DNA of 50,489 bases, from assembly GCA_009602725.1 (NCBI GenBank), contig WELB01000025.1, forward strand, positions 515,276-565,764, given 5' to 3'. The notes beneath the pieces are model-generated. The model saw nothing but the letters and a program-made list of their open reading frames with translations. It searched no databases and was not told the origin of the DNA. The DNA is from Spirogloea muscicola. Its lineage: Eukaryota. Below are positions 12,420 to 25,600 of the stretch, one piece after another; the stretch's first letter is position 1, and each line of letters begins with the position of its first letter. Both the position numbers and the translations under genes were made by a program.

Positions 12420-13100
12420 GCAGCCAGGCACGACCACCACGACGAATGCAAGGCTTATCTCAGAGAACGTTGCAGGAACCTGGGAAGCGGCACCAGGGCT
12501 GAAATCCATACACCAGAGCCGGAGAGCCCGTGGTACTGAGATCGGCCTGCTCCCCTTGGTGCCGTCGGGGCACGCCTGGGAGGTGGCAAGCGGCTCCTCA
12601 GGGACGTCGTCCTCACCGACAGCTTCCGGAGGAAGGGCCCCGTATCTTCTGAGACCGGCTATGAAGGTGGCCAAACAGAAGACGTTGCACAAGGACAAGG
12701 ACCACCCGGCGGGTGATACCGTATACCCCCTGGCCATGGACATCCACGGGTGTTACGGGGGTCGTTGGTCCTCGTTCCTCTCGCTGCTGGCATCTCAAGC
12801 TGACCAGCGGCGCCGGGAACAGGGTGCAGCACTTCCTGGAGGCTCGGTGCCTTTGGGTCTTGTGTCCTACTACCGCATGCGAGTGTCCATGTCCCTCCAG
12901 CGCTCCCAAGCGCTTGCTTTGCACCACCGCGCCGGTCGCGCCCTTGCAGCAGCCTCTGGCTTGCGCAGCTGGGTTGCTCTTCCTCCCCTCAGCTCATCTG
13001 ACTTCCTACTGCTGACCCGGGGGTACTAAGAGCGCCCTGTCTGCCAAGCCTGTGGCTCCGTCGAGAACACCTTTATGCATCTGGCTGGCTTTCACAGCCG
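12420..13100 (+). mobile_element. Degenerate CRE-like retrotransposon, endonuclease region to 3' end
   Basis: Frameshifted GGGKRLLRDVVLTD, then KDHPAGDTVYPLAMDIHGCYG...YRMRVSMSLQRSQALALHHRAG...FLLLTRGY* (13029) and the GGCTGGCTTTCACAGCC motif at ~13082. Confidence 0.78.
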
Positions 13101-13399
13101 CTCTTTCACTATCAGCAGCCGCATTGCCTTTCTTTTTTACATTTGGGCTCCCCGTATGTCCTCCCCGGGATTGACGTCCACGGGTGGGGCTCGGTGGTCA
13201 GAACTCTTGCGCTGGGCTGGCCTTTAGTAGCCCTCATCCTTGTGAGAAGAGCTGCTTATAGTTGCCAACCAGATCGACACGCCTCGTCCGAGGGACCTGT
13301 TGCGGAGTTGGACGGGCATCACCCCGCTGCTCTCCAACGCCACAAAGATGTAAGAGGAACAGTCCTCCCAATATGGAGACCAGTAAGCTCTTAATAAGG

Positions 13400-14660
13400 G
13401 GCGAGGGCTGTGAGAGGCCAGCCCGAGAAGATGGCTGGAAAGCGCTGATACTACACAAGCAAGCAAGTACAACGAGGGGTGGTCACCACTTGTTCTTCCC
13501 TGATAAGCAGCCGCAAGAAAGAGTTCTTAGTAAGCTCGTCCAAACGGGGACGAGGGCTGGGAAAAGCCCGCCCGGAAAAAGTAGCAGCTGAAAGAGGGAG
13601 AAAGAGTGGCTCTCCTAAGGGGCGCAAGGGCTGTGAGAAGCCAGCCCGAAAAGAGTTGACAAAGGTTCGAAGGGGCCAAATGACGGAGGATAGAAAAGAG
13701 GGAGGCCAAGCCAAGCGAGAGGGGGCGCGGGCTGTGATAAGCAAGCCCGACTCCCTGTCTACAGCCAGAGGCTGCGGCTGGCACGCAGATGCAACGCGTG
13801 TGCCACAGACCGCGGCAGCGAAAGATATGCTAAAGGGGGCGAGGGCTGTGAGAAGCTAGCCCGAAAAGGCCAGCCGCCGGAAAGGGTAGGCAAAGGGAAG
13901 CCAGTACGCTGTTGTTTCCTTCTGCGATACGTAGGAGAAGGTGGAGGCAGCGAGGGCGGACGGGCGAGAGAAGGGCTCGCCCATAGAGGGTAGGCGGCTG
14001 GAAAAGGCCAGCCCAAAAAAGAATGAACAAAGTGCGAGAAGGGGCCAGGGGAAGCACTAAGAAAAACAAGCACAGAAAGACACTAAGCAGCTACGAAACT
14101 CTCAGTCCCTGCTAAGCAGCCTCAAGTAAACTTGGCTCCTGGAAGCGGGTCCCTTGGCCAGGGCTAGAGGCAGCAGCGAGGGCTCGTCCGGCAGCAGCGA
14201 GGGCTCGTCCGGCACGCAGGTGCAGCGCGCGGGCCAAGGACCTCTGCAGCGAGACAAGGCGTGCAGCGCATGAAATTAAAAGGGAGGCCAATTCTAGCCT
14301 TACACATGTCCTGTTTACGGGGTAATGAGCTGGCAGAGGGGAACACCAATATCCCCGAGTGAGCACATGCATGTCTGACAAGCTAAGCTGAGGAGCCAAA
14401 CCACCACCATGGAAGCCATTAGCCTGGGCTGATGCACGCTGGTGTATCGCGAGTCCCTGCGAGCGCTGTAGACTCAAAGATAGCCGCATTCTATATAGCA
14501 TGTAACGATGGCTTGCGGGTCGCTAGAATGCCCTAAGCTACCAGCCCGACTACGTCGGCGGGCATCGACATGCAGTGCCAAAGGTGCTCTGCAGGGAGAC
14601 GGCTAAGCGCATGCGGTACACCTGCGCTAGCGACCCGGCTCCCACGCCCACGAGCTAGGC
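13400..14660 (-). mobile_element. Tandem stack of CRE-like 3' motifs and ORF-end fragments
   Basis: Motifs at ~13405, 13555, 13629, 13729, 13843 and 13995. ORF ends at ~14100-14260 (with an internal 21-bp duplication), ~14345-14500 (YRMRLSLSLQRSQG...MHVLTRGY) and ~14590-14650 (GSLAQVYRMRLAVSLQ). Confidence 0.75.
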
Positions 14661-15304
14661 CGACCCGGGCAGGCCAAGGGCCCGCCGACAGGGGGCGGTT
14701 AGGTGGGGGGTGGCCGGCGGGGCGGGGGGTGCCGGGACCGGCCGCGGCGCCCGGTCCTGCGCAACCGTGCCCGGTCCGTCCCTTCACCGTTCCGGCTGGT
14801 GGGCAGCGTGGCCCAGCCCTAACGGCCTCCCACCCCCTCGCCGCCGTCTCACCTGCCCGCCCACCCCCCCTTCCCGCTCCGGCGGCGGCCGGGCCCTCGC
14901 CGTCGACGGCCGGGCCCTCGCCGTCGACGGCGCCGTCGCCATCGCCATCGTCGACGTCGTCGTCGTCGCCGTCGCTGTCGTCGTCGCCGTTGGCGGCGTC
15001 GTTGGCAGCGTCCGGGGCTGCGGAGGCCGGCCGCGGCGGCCGATGCGGCGCCGCCTCCAATGCTGAGGCCGCCGGTGGCCCTGCCGCCGCCGCCCGCCGC
15101 CGACGCCGCCGCCAAGGCCGACTCCGAGAACTGCATGGCTTGTAAGCGACCGTCAGCCCCCCCACTCTCCCGCTCCTCCTTCCGCCGGCCCATTTGGGTC
15201 AATTCACAGTGGGTTATGTATGTCATCACATGTGCTTGCCTCTGTACTCGGCCACTTTGGTTTTTGATCATTTCCATACGCGAAGGCCCCTTCTGGGTGC
15301 CCAG

Positions 15305-15585
15305 TTGGGGACCCAGCTTGCCCATGCCCGCCTGACGCTGTCGATGGCGGCGCTGGCGGCAGCGATCCGGAAGTCGCTGTGCGTGTCGGCGGACGCAGAT
15401 GGCGACGAGGAGGAGGAGGAGGAGTTCGAGTACGACGAGGGGCCGGCGTTCGAGGTCGGGTGGCCCACCAACGTCAAGCACGTTGCGCACGTCACCTTCG
15501 ACCGCTTCAAGGGCTTCATGGGCGTGCCCGCCGACATCGAGCGCGACCTCCCCCGCTCCGCACCCAGCGCCAGGTGTGATGGGCC

Positions 15586-15616
<31 letters not shown>

Positions 15617-18600
15617 TGCTGCCGCCCCTGCGGCCATTGCCACCTCGCCATTGCTCGTGGGCAGCGCCTCACGCCTGGCAGCGCGGCCGGCTTGCGCAGC
15701 CGGAGCGTGTTTGGCGTACACCCCGAGTCGATGCAGTGCCTGCACGACGACCACGGCAACATGGTGCCCACGATCCTGATGCTCCTGCAGGCGCGCCTCT
15801 ACAACCAGGGCGGCCTGAAGGTCCGCTCAGCCGCCCCCTCTCGACCGCTTTCTTGGCCAAGGTCGGGTTTTTGACTGGCCACGGGGTTTGACTGGCTCGC
15901 ATGCGCGTCGACTTCTACTCGTGTTTGCTCGCAATGCTGGTCATGATAGTTTCTCATGCCCTGTGTGTAAAGCTGGGCATCTGTTCAGAAGGAGGGAATT
16001 TTCCGGATCACCGCCGGGATTGACCACGAGGAGCAGGTCCGCGCGCAGCTCAATGCTGGCGTCGTGCCCAACAATGTCGAGGTTCATGCACTTGCTGGCC
16101 TCATCAAGGTACGCGTGACCAGTTCTGCAAACCACTCGGGCAACTTGCAAGAATGCATGTCAGTTGCATGTCTGTTGAGTACCTTGTTGCTGCCTACTGG
16201 AGGAAGCACCGGGAAAGAATGACTTATATTGGCGAGGAAACGGTGCAGGCGTGGTTTCGAGAGCTTCCAGAGGGCGTGTTAGACAAGCTGTCGCCGGAGC
16301 AGGTGGCAGATTGCCAGGACGAGGCAGAGGTTGCGCAGCTCATCACAACGCTCCCAGCAACTCAAGCTGCGCTGCTGGACTGGACCATCAACCTCATGAC
16401 CGATGTCGTGGAACACGAGAAGCAGAACAAGATGAACGCACGCAACATCGCCATGGTCTTTGCACCCAACATGACCCTTGTGCGCCCTCGAGCACCCCTT
16501 CACCCCCCCACCCCTCAAGGCTTGACCTGTATTACGTGATGTGAGCTGCAAGGTCGAGCTGATCCGGACACTATGAATCTCTGATGTAGATACGGCAGAC
16601 AAGGACCAACGTGGTGTTTTGCAGCTTAGCACTTGCTCTTGCTTTAGCCACTGTCTTTCACACCAGCAAGATCTAAGTGGCAACAACCTTGAATCCAGTT
16701 ATGGTCTGATCATTTGTTACATACTGGCTGGTGGACAATGCATTGGCTTCAGTATATGCTTTTGATTGTGCAGTATAGCTGGTTTCACAGCACTGTCGTA
16801 GCAATTGCATCAATCGCGACTGGTGTTGGTGGTGATGCAGGTGGACGACCCGCTCACGGCTCTCATGCACGCCGTCCAGGTCATGAATTTCCTCAAGACG
16901 CTCATCCTGCGCAAGCAGCGACTACGGCGGGAGGCCAAGGGCCTCTCAGTCAAGGGAAGCCAGCCCTCGTCGGGCGCCTTAGAGCCAGTTGCTGATGCCA
17001 ATGGTGGCAATGTGCCGCCTTCGATGATGCGTGAGGTCACTTTCTCTGTGCGGCCCCATCGGGCGCCTCCGCCTCCCCCCGCTGCTGTCACCACGGCTGC
17101 TGCTGCCACTGCTGCGGCTCCCAAAGATGCAGCTCCATCTGGCAATGGCAGTGTCTCCGAAGCGCCGGATGGCAGGAATGTGTCTGAGGGTGGCGTTCCG
17201 CATGATTTGGACATGGCTGTGGAAGGGAACGCTTCTGGGCTGCCGGCTGCAGCGGCAGGGCATGATGAGGAGATGGCTGGGGACGATGGTGTCGACACCG
17301 AGACCACGGCAGTCGTCCATGATGGAGAGCTGGAGGGGGTCCTTACCATGAAGCCAGCTGTGAAGCCTGACACAGGCATGGAGGAGGCAGCCTGGGGCGA
17401 GGCTGCATTGCCTCGGGGGCCGAGTGAGGCGCTGTGGGCAGAGGAGGAGGAGGAGGAGGAGGAGGAGAAGGAGCAGGGAAGAGAGGAGGCCGCAGCCAAC
17501 GAGAGCAACGAGAGCGCAGCGGTGGCGACTGCGTTGGCGGCGGCGTCGCCGCAGGTACTTAGGGGGATCTGGACTTCCTGCTGATGCTCCTTAGCGGAAC
17601 CCTTCCCCCAAGTAAGCCATGGGGAAGGGCCGCTGCGAGTCTCACCTAGCTTACTTGTCTAAATTCCTGCGTCCTTCCTGCACATGGGCATGCTCATCTC
17701 CCTGTGATTAGCCTGGATTTTGCTGTCATAACCTAGGATTTTCCTTTGATTGGTCCAAATGCAGACTTCCAACAGCATCAGCTATCAATGACCGCTTGGG
17801 AAACTGGCTGCCTGTGCAGGTCCCAAGTCCTACGAGAGCCGCAGGCGAGCAGCATGAGGAGGAGGACGAAGCTGTCTCCATCACCGTGGTCGCCATACCT
17901 GCTGATGCTGATGGATCACCACAGTCGCCCTCGATTGCGAGCTTCGTGGCCGATGAAGAAGCTGTGACTGGTCATGTGGAGAAGGTGGCGCCTCAGGAAC
18001 CTGACCCACCAGTGGAGCTTGCGCGCTTGTCCAAGTTGGACACTGAGAATGTGAAAGACACGAGCATGTCTCAGCTGGAGGCTGAGGAGACCGATAATTA
18101 TGCTGCTGTTCCAGCAGAAGCCGTGCAGCTCGACAGTGAAGTCTTGAGAAGGTCTCTGGAGGAAGGAAAGGACGTTAGTATGGTCCACGCTGATATCGAC
18201 CAGGGCACCATGGGGGTCAACTTAGGAGGGACTTCAGCTCAGGACTCAACTTCAGATCAGGATGGTGGCCAGGAGGTGAAAGCCAGTGCACAGGAGGAGG
18301 AGGTTGCCGGAGCCCAAGTTGGCATTCCACATGGGACTGAAGCAGGCCTGGTTGATGAGCAGCTGATGGCTGGCCTGACCTCGTCGCCACGATGGTCTTC
18401 TTTCTATGGACCCCAGGCAGCGGAGGTGGCGGTCGCCAATGCTGCCTTTCTCGCGAGCACTCAAGATGATCAAGCAGCGCCAGAGGAGGGGGTTGGCAGC
18501 GACGTGCCGGAAGTGGAAACTCCATATGCAGTGCATCCTATGCTGTCGGAGACAAGAGACGGAGAGGCTTGGCTGGAGCCAGCTGTTACTGAGGTGCAGG

Positions 18601-19298
18601 AGGCAGCAGCACCGCCTCAAGTGCTCAAGGAAGACCAGGTGGCTAATCCAGCACACGCGGTTTTGGTTGCTAGTCTGTCACAGGATGCAGACTTGCAGAA
18701 CTTGCACGAGCCTCATATGCACGAATCCATCCTATATGAAGAGGCCGTCGAGCTCTTTGGCAGTCCAGCATTCCCGGCGCAAAAGGTGGAGGGTCCCCTG
18801 CTGCCTGTTGCTGACGAGGGTGCTGTAGAGGTGGAGGAAAGTAAGAGCGGAAGGGCGCTGCCAGAGAAAGAGCTTTCGGAAACTGCAGCAGACTACTTGG
18901 GTGTCGAGGACAAGGTGGCCGAGGACAGTGGTGAGCAAGTACTTAAAATCAAGGAGGAGGGCCCAACTGAGGACCTGGCGCTGCCCCAGCCGCAGATTTT
19001 GCTTGTGCACGTTGGTGAGGTGCCCATTCCTGAGGAGCAGAAGGCTGAGGTGTTTCATGCGCATGTTGCTGAAATGCGCGAGGCTAAGGAGGAGAGACTG
19101 GGAGCAGACGTGGAACGAGAACAGTCTCAGCATCAGGAAGACGGAGCAGCGGGTTCCACTCTGCAGGTGTCTGACTCAGAGATCGCAGAAATCCAGAGCC
19201 ATGACACCGCATACATTCCTGTTGGCAACAACGAGCACAAGGATGCGGTCGACCGACTCAAGCTCCCCAGTTCAATCGCTGGAGTGGTTGAGTCATAG
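15305..19298 (+). CDS. RopGAP: Rop GTPase-activating protein (CRIB + RhoGAP) with long acidic C-terminal extension; true start uncertain (15343, or further upstream near 15060/15135)
   Basis: Exons ~15305-15573 (CRIB EVGWPTNVKHVAHVTFDRF), 15700-15820, 15989-16108 (EGIFRI arginine finger), 16249-16479 (AWFRELP...NKMNARNIAMVFAPNMT), 16841-17554 (DDPLTALMHAVQVMNFLK) and 17820-19298. All junctions are GT-AG and in phase. Confidence 0.92.
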
Positions 19299-19656
19299 CA
19301 TGCCAGGGCGCAGGCTTGCAGTAGAGATCCTCATGCTGTGCCTTCCCCTGTCACAGAGTCGCCCCTCGAACGCCCAGTCTAGGGGTTCCCTTGTTGCTGC
19401 GCCCCTTGATGTTGTGCCTGCGCCGCACTTGCTGTTGATAACAATGTTCTTAGGGGAAAGACTGCGCTCACCTCAAAAGACAGGCTGCTGTGACTTCAAG
19501 TGTACTGTCATAACTTGCCCTCGCTAAGTCCTATGACCTATGGCATGGGAGTTTGCCCACATTTTGAGATTCCCGGTGGGGCAAGCTCTTCATGGGTTCC
19601 ACCCATGAAATTGCTCACACTGAGGCATGGTATTCGGCTGGCCAACCTGGCTGAGC

Positions 19657-22600
19657 TTAGCCAGGCTGGCCTGCTGGAGGCACTTGCTTTCTGCCAAAAT
19701 TGCTATGATGACCATGATGGGCTCGGAGCAACAAAGAGTTGACCATCACACCTAAGGAGCTCACACCCATCAGTGCTGCTGCTATAGACGGGGTCAGCAT
19801 AACATTGTGCGTTGGCAGAAGAGCTCCTGCAGCTATGGGAATCCCCACCTGTGCCCATCGCCCAAGCAATGAGTGCATCAGGGAAGCCAACTCTTCTGAA
19901 GTGTTGACATTTCTGGCGAGAGGTTGATGATGTTACACAAGCAGCAATTCCGAGTCTCCATGGTAGTTGGTTCTCCTGATAGTGACTCACCACATTGTAC
20001 AGGAATGCCCATCCCAAATTTTGCTGTATCTTCCTGAATGTAGCTTTACTAAGATCAATCACGTCCAGAACCTGGGTGAGCTTGTCACCCATCAGGACGA
20101 TGGAGGCCACTTCAGAAGCCGCTCCAACACCACCAGCCATGGTTATGCCCACATCAGCCTGTGCCAATGCTGCTGCATCATTGACCCCATCCCCCACCAT
20201 GGCGACCTTCTTGTTCGACTTCTGCAACTTGTCTATATATTCTGCTTTACCATATGGCCTAACGCCAGCATGCACCTGCACGAGAGGAAGAGCCCAGTCT
20301 GCCAAATGCATGACCAACAGAAAGGTGCCCAATCTCTTCTCAAAGCAATTTAATGTCATATTTGCGTCTGACTCGTGAGAATGTAGGAGTACATGCCGAT
20401 GCTAAAAGACGAGCATATTTGTAGCAGACTTCGTAGCAGACTGTCACATCGCGAGGCATGGATGCTTCATAATGCAAGAACTTGGAGTGGATCAGCATGC
20501 TGTACGGGCAAGGACACCACAGTTGGACAATACAGACAACACATGGTAATCAAGGTGGACCTTACCCTGTCGGCTGCAATCCCCACGCGCTTGGCCACAG
20601 CTGCAGCTGCAGCTTTCTTGTCACCAGAAAGCATGCTGGTGAACAGTCCCATGGACTGCAACCCCTCAACAGTTGTGGCAGCCTCAGGTCGCAGTTCATC
20701 CATCATAGCCAATGCCCCCGCAATTCTACCGTCGACTGCAACGTAAACCACCGTCTGGCCTTGCTCAATGGCATCTTGAAGCAATGGTGGCTCACCGCTG
20801 GCTCCATACCTGCTATTGTGCAGCAGCAGCAGATGCATTGACATGACATGGGTAAGTCAATGCCTCATAGTCTAGCAACCCACGAAAGCCACACTTGACA
20901 AATTTCTTCCGCAAAAAAGGAATGCAGGAAGACAAATGTAGGCCTAGATTGCATATCAACTTCAAACAACGAGCACCTTTCTGAATGTTATACTATCAGA
21001 GGCAGCATGGACCTGCGGACCCAGTCCATATTGCCGACTGCCACGCAGTGCCCATCAACAATAGCTGTGGCACCGCAGCCTGGCTCCTGTTTGAAGCTGC
21101 CATCTTCCACCTGCATAAATCAGGGCATGCTACTGCTTGAGGTCTACATGACAAGTTTGACATTGTGCCCTTTGTTAACCACATAAAGCCTGTCAAGCCG
21201 GCCTCCATGATTACGAAAATGGATTCTGATACAGAAGGGACAACCGCCCCTTGAGGACAAGCTCACAGTGAGAGAAGTGAGTGAAGAGAAGGAGACGTGC
21301 TTGTTGTCAAGCCTACAGCAGTCTCTGTGAAAGCTGTGAGTAGAAAGAGGAGGCGTGATCAAGGGAGTCTGGAAGCGAAGGCATTCAGCGGTTCTCTGTA
21401 TACCTGCACGGCGCGGCAGCCAGCCTCTGCAGCAGCTCGGATGATGGCTGTAGCAACAGGGTGTGTTGTTGACCTTTCTACACCAGCCGCCAAAGCTAAC
21501 AACTCTTGATCCTCCCAGGTGCTCTTCTGGGTTCTGCAACAATATCTCAATGCATGCTTGCCCATGTCACCTCTGCACGCTAAGCCATTGAAAAGTCACT
21601 GAAGCTTCCAAAAGGCTTCACAAACACCTACATTCAATCAGGCCTTCTGTTGTAAGCGGGGCTTGCAGATTTCAGTCACACGCTACAGATGACCTTCATG
21701 TGATTTTCATGCTAATCCTACATTGTAAGAGGACAGAGGACAGTAGTGATAGTCTTGGAAGTAATTGTCTCGGATGCCAGTAAGCTATATGCATGCCACC
21801 TGGGAAGGATGTGTATACCTTGAACTTTCGCTGCCTGTGACAGCAACCTTGGTCACCACAGGGTGACCAAAAGTCAGGGTGCCAGTCTTGTCGAATACCA
21901 CAGTATCGATGTGTGACACCTTCTCCAAAACATCGCCTCCACGAATGAGAAGCCCTCGCCTGGCGCCAAGACCTGTCCCTACCTGGTAGAAAGGTGAACC
22001 AACAGTAAAAATGAGGCACAAATCATCGCCACATATGTCCAGCCAATTGTATCACATATGTGCTACTCGACATAATATAGGTATGAGCCCTTGAGTGCAA
22101 GAGAATAACTGTGTGGACAGATAAACAGGCTCATGTTTCAGGTGTGCTTGGCTCATAAGCAGTCGTGTAAAATAGTTACCAAGACAGCTGTAGGTGTTGC
22201 CAAGCCCAGTGCACAGGGACACGCAATAACCTGGACATGCAATGGCAATCCAGTGACAATACACGGCTTCAAGGATCTGCATGTGCCTTGTAAGCTCCTA
22301 TTGCTTTGTCCAACGCGCAGACCCACATGTCTTACAGTACAATGATACTTTTCTTGGTAGGATTTCAGCTTAGATTAGCCAAGTTAACAAACAATGCCCA
22401 GGCTCACCAGCACATTGCAAGCAAGCTGAAGGCCAAGGAGGAGAGGCCCCCCAGATGGAACAACTTGTGGCCAAAGCTTTGACCCCACAGTCGCCCAAAA
22501 CGTGAATGTTGCTGCAGACAAACCCATGACTCCATAACAAAACTTGCCAGCGATCTGCAGTATGTATCATAATAATGTCAAGATAACAGGTCAGAACCAA

Positions 22601-25600
22601 AAAGGAACCTGCCTTCATGGATGCTTGCTGGGGCAGCCAGCATGCTGAGTGTCCCCAAGCCATCTTCCACACAAAAGCCAGTACAACTCAGATTGGCGAA
22701 TCTCCCAATAAGAGGCTAAGTACTAATCAAGTGCATCAAGGCATGTTGCTAATGTGAACTTCTGAGAACGTCGTTATTCAGCGTACTTGTGAGTGCCACG
22801 AATGAATCTTGGCTTACAGTGTGCCATTTCGGTCTTAGATTTACTTTGCAAGTCCCCAGAAAACAACACTTGACTTCACCTGGTCAGCAAAACGCTGTAC
22901 AGGGGCAGCTCTTGTCTGAGCATCTTCCACCATTCTCACTATGTCTCCCAGCACAGTGTCCCCTCCCGACTTCTTTGCCTCCACAGTCAGTGTGCCATTG
23001 TAATTCACAGTACCGGCTGTGACCTCCGACTACAATTCCAAGTGATGTCCAGTGCAAAGTACTGCATAAGCCCATGCCCAAGAGTCCAGGAAAATGCTGC
23101 ATCATGCACGCCTCTGAGCAAGACATCTTGAGTACATGACACAGATACAGAAATTTCAAAAGGATATGCAGAATGTCATCATGCACCCAACGTGCCTGCC
23201 CAACATGCATCCACTAACCACCCAAGATTGATGTCTGCTTTGCTCACCCCAGCCTCTTTGAGAACTGGCATAGGCTCCCCTGTGATGCTGGACTCATCAA
23301 CAGTGCTTCGACCCGCTTGCACAGTACCATCAACAGGGAGTCTGTCCTGTATAAGCAAACGAGTGAGCATGTAAGGTAGATGAGATAGTAAAGATATGTA
23401 TGACTGCATTCAGTAAAAGGAGGTAACCATATACTGCGCAGAGAGGTGACATACTCCTGGAAGCACCACAACTCGATCGCCTTTAACCAGACTGTCTGTC
23501 GCCACCATAGATGTCGTTCTTCCATTAGAAGGCTCCCTTGACAACAGGCGAGCCTGGCTTGGCAGCAACGAGAGCAGCGAAGTCATATCGGAAGTCGCCT
23601 GCAGCTTCGCTCGCTCTTCTACGGCACGGCCCAATAGAACAAACGCCAGTAGCATCACTGGCTCCTCAAAAAAGGATTGCCATCCCTGCCATCCCATACA
23701 TGGCTCAGCTGTGAGAAGGCATGCAAAGCTCAAATTGGTATAAGCATAAGCATAAGGCAAACTCAAACACCACGTGAAAGCGGCGTGAGCACAAGAGTAA
23801 TATCACTGATGCTGTGACTAACTTCTGCTTTTGAAATTGCTGGAGTTTGGACCAGGGTGCATCACCAGGACTTTGTGCGCCTTCCTGCTAGAGGACGCAA
23901 GCTCTTGCTTGGAGAGAAGCACCTCACCAACTTGGGGAGGAGGGCCGCTGCTGAGCTGACGCCAAAGGAGGACACGGCCCCGAGGCCAACCAGCGTGTTC
24001 ATGTTGGGCGAGCCTTTCTGCAGGCTCGTCCAGCCGTCAGCCAGGAGCTTCCGTCCAGGCCCAACCAATGCCACCACAGAGAGGGCGGCATGGAACGGTG
24101 TCGTGTGAAGAAAGTGAAGCCAGGACGGAAAAAGCCGAGGAAAGTAGTGAGCAGCGTGGCCTGCCAGGCAAGCTGCAGCCAGGCCCCATGCCACTGCTAG
24201 CCTCCGTCCTTCACCCAGCAACAGACAATTGTACCCCATATTCATACAGAGGCTTGACCTACTGCGTGTGTGCAAAATCTCCTAAGTTCTTGAGATGAGT
24301 CTATTGAGATATCGAAAAGGGACTTTGGTGCATTTCCAGTCCCAGAAGTACTAGGGTCAGCTTCAAAGACTCGAATCAGGCTCAAGAGTGCCCAAAAAGT
24401 AATTGCACAAATTGCTGGAAATGCAGAGTCTAATGCCAACAGGAGAGCCCTCATGTGGAGCTTGTACAGAAGCACGACTCACCGCTGTCTCTCAGGCGTT
24501 GCAAGCGTTCCTCCCTTTTGCGTTGTGCGCTCGGCATGAGCTGAGCTCCATCGCTTGCCTCTGAAGATAGATGGCATGTGTATACATCAACAAACCAATC
24601 ACAAGAGGCGCGTTCTCCAAAAACGTAGAGAAGCATAAAATCACTGAAGGATGTCATCAGAGACATAAGTAGCTGAATACCTCTCACAGTAGACGTGTAG
24701 CCGCTCTCAGTCAGCCGCTCTGCAAGTACTCTGGCAATCGTGCTTTTCCTCGTGAGGCCACTTTCAGCGTCTATCTCATCTTCAGCAACTTCGACCAGGG
24801 CAGTCTCTGTCGTGAGGTTGACAGAGGCTGATTGCACATATCGCTGTATGCAAGATCCACGTTTTTGTTAGCAGATGGTGCATAGTTGACCAGCCAAGCC
24901 ATTGCAAGTCACAACACATCATCTTACAGTGCTTGCCTAAAAGTACCTACACGGTGTGAGGAGCAGAAGAGGAGCTCGTGTACTGCTTCAACATTGGAAT
25001 AGCAACAGCAGCGAAAGAGATTGCCACGAGATGCAAAGCAAATGTGTCTATGAAGCTCATAATGGCAGGCCACATCTTGTGTCCTTATTTGCTAGCATCT
25101 CTTACTCAGTCCCAAGTTGACAGATTGACAGACCTCTTGTTCAAGGATGCGCTTTACGGAAGAGGCACAGCTGCCACAAGACATGCCCTGCAATGCACTG
25201 AGGGCAAATGTTGTGACCGGCTTGACCTGGGGTAGGAGATCTGTGTGTCACCAGTACCAAGGTGCTAGTTGAGTATCAGACAGATTGCCATGATGACCTA
25301 GCATACTTTGAGGCATGATGTGTATGTTGAGCTGGAGTTATGCAGCACTTGAGCATTACCCCCACGTCCAGGACGATGGTGCCCTCTGATCTTGCAGTCG
25401 TGTACTCCTCCGCGTCCTTCACCACAGCCGCAGGTAGCCCTGGGGAGCTGTGGAAGCCGTCGCCCCCACCTCCGCCACCCCAGCCTCTCTCGCCGCCAGC
25501 GCCCCCAGGGCCGCCACCTCCGTAGGAGTAAAGGGCATTGCTTATGCTCGCTACTGGCGGTCTGAAGCCTCCTCCCTGGCAGCGGCAGGCCACGACCATG

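Noticed and set aside
13400..14050. Recurring ~30-bp palindromic repeats as a CRISPR array or REP elements
   Set aside because: Spacing is irregular, copies diverge, orientations are mixed, they attach to retrotransposon ORF ends, the context is eukaryotic and no cas genes are present.
14533..15165. Independent acidic protein on the minus strand upstream of RopGAP
   Set aside because: GC-rich trinucleotide-like DNA is open in several frames; more likely the RopGAP 5' region.
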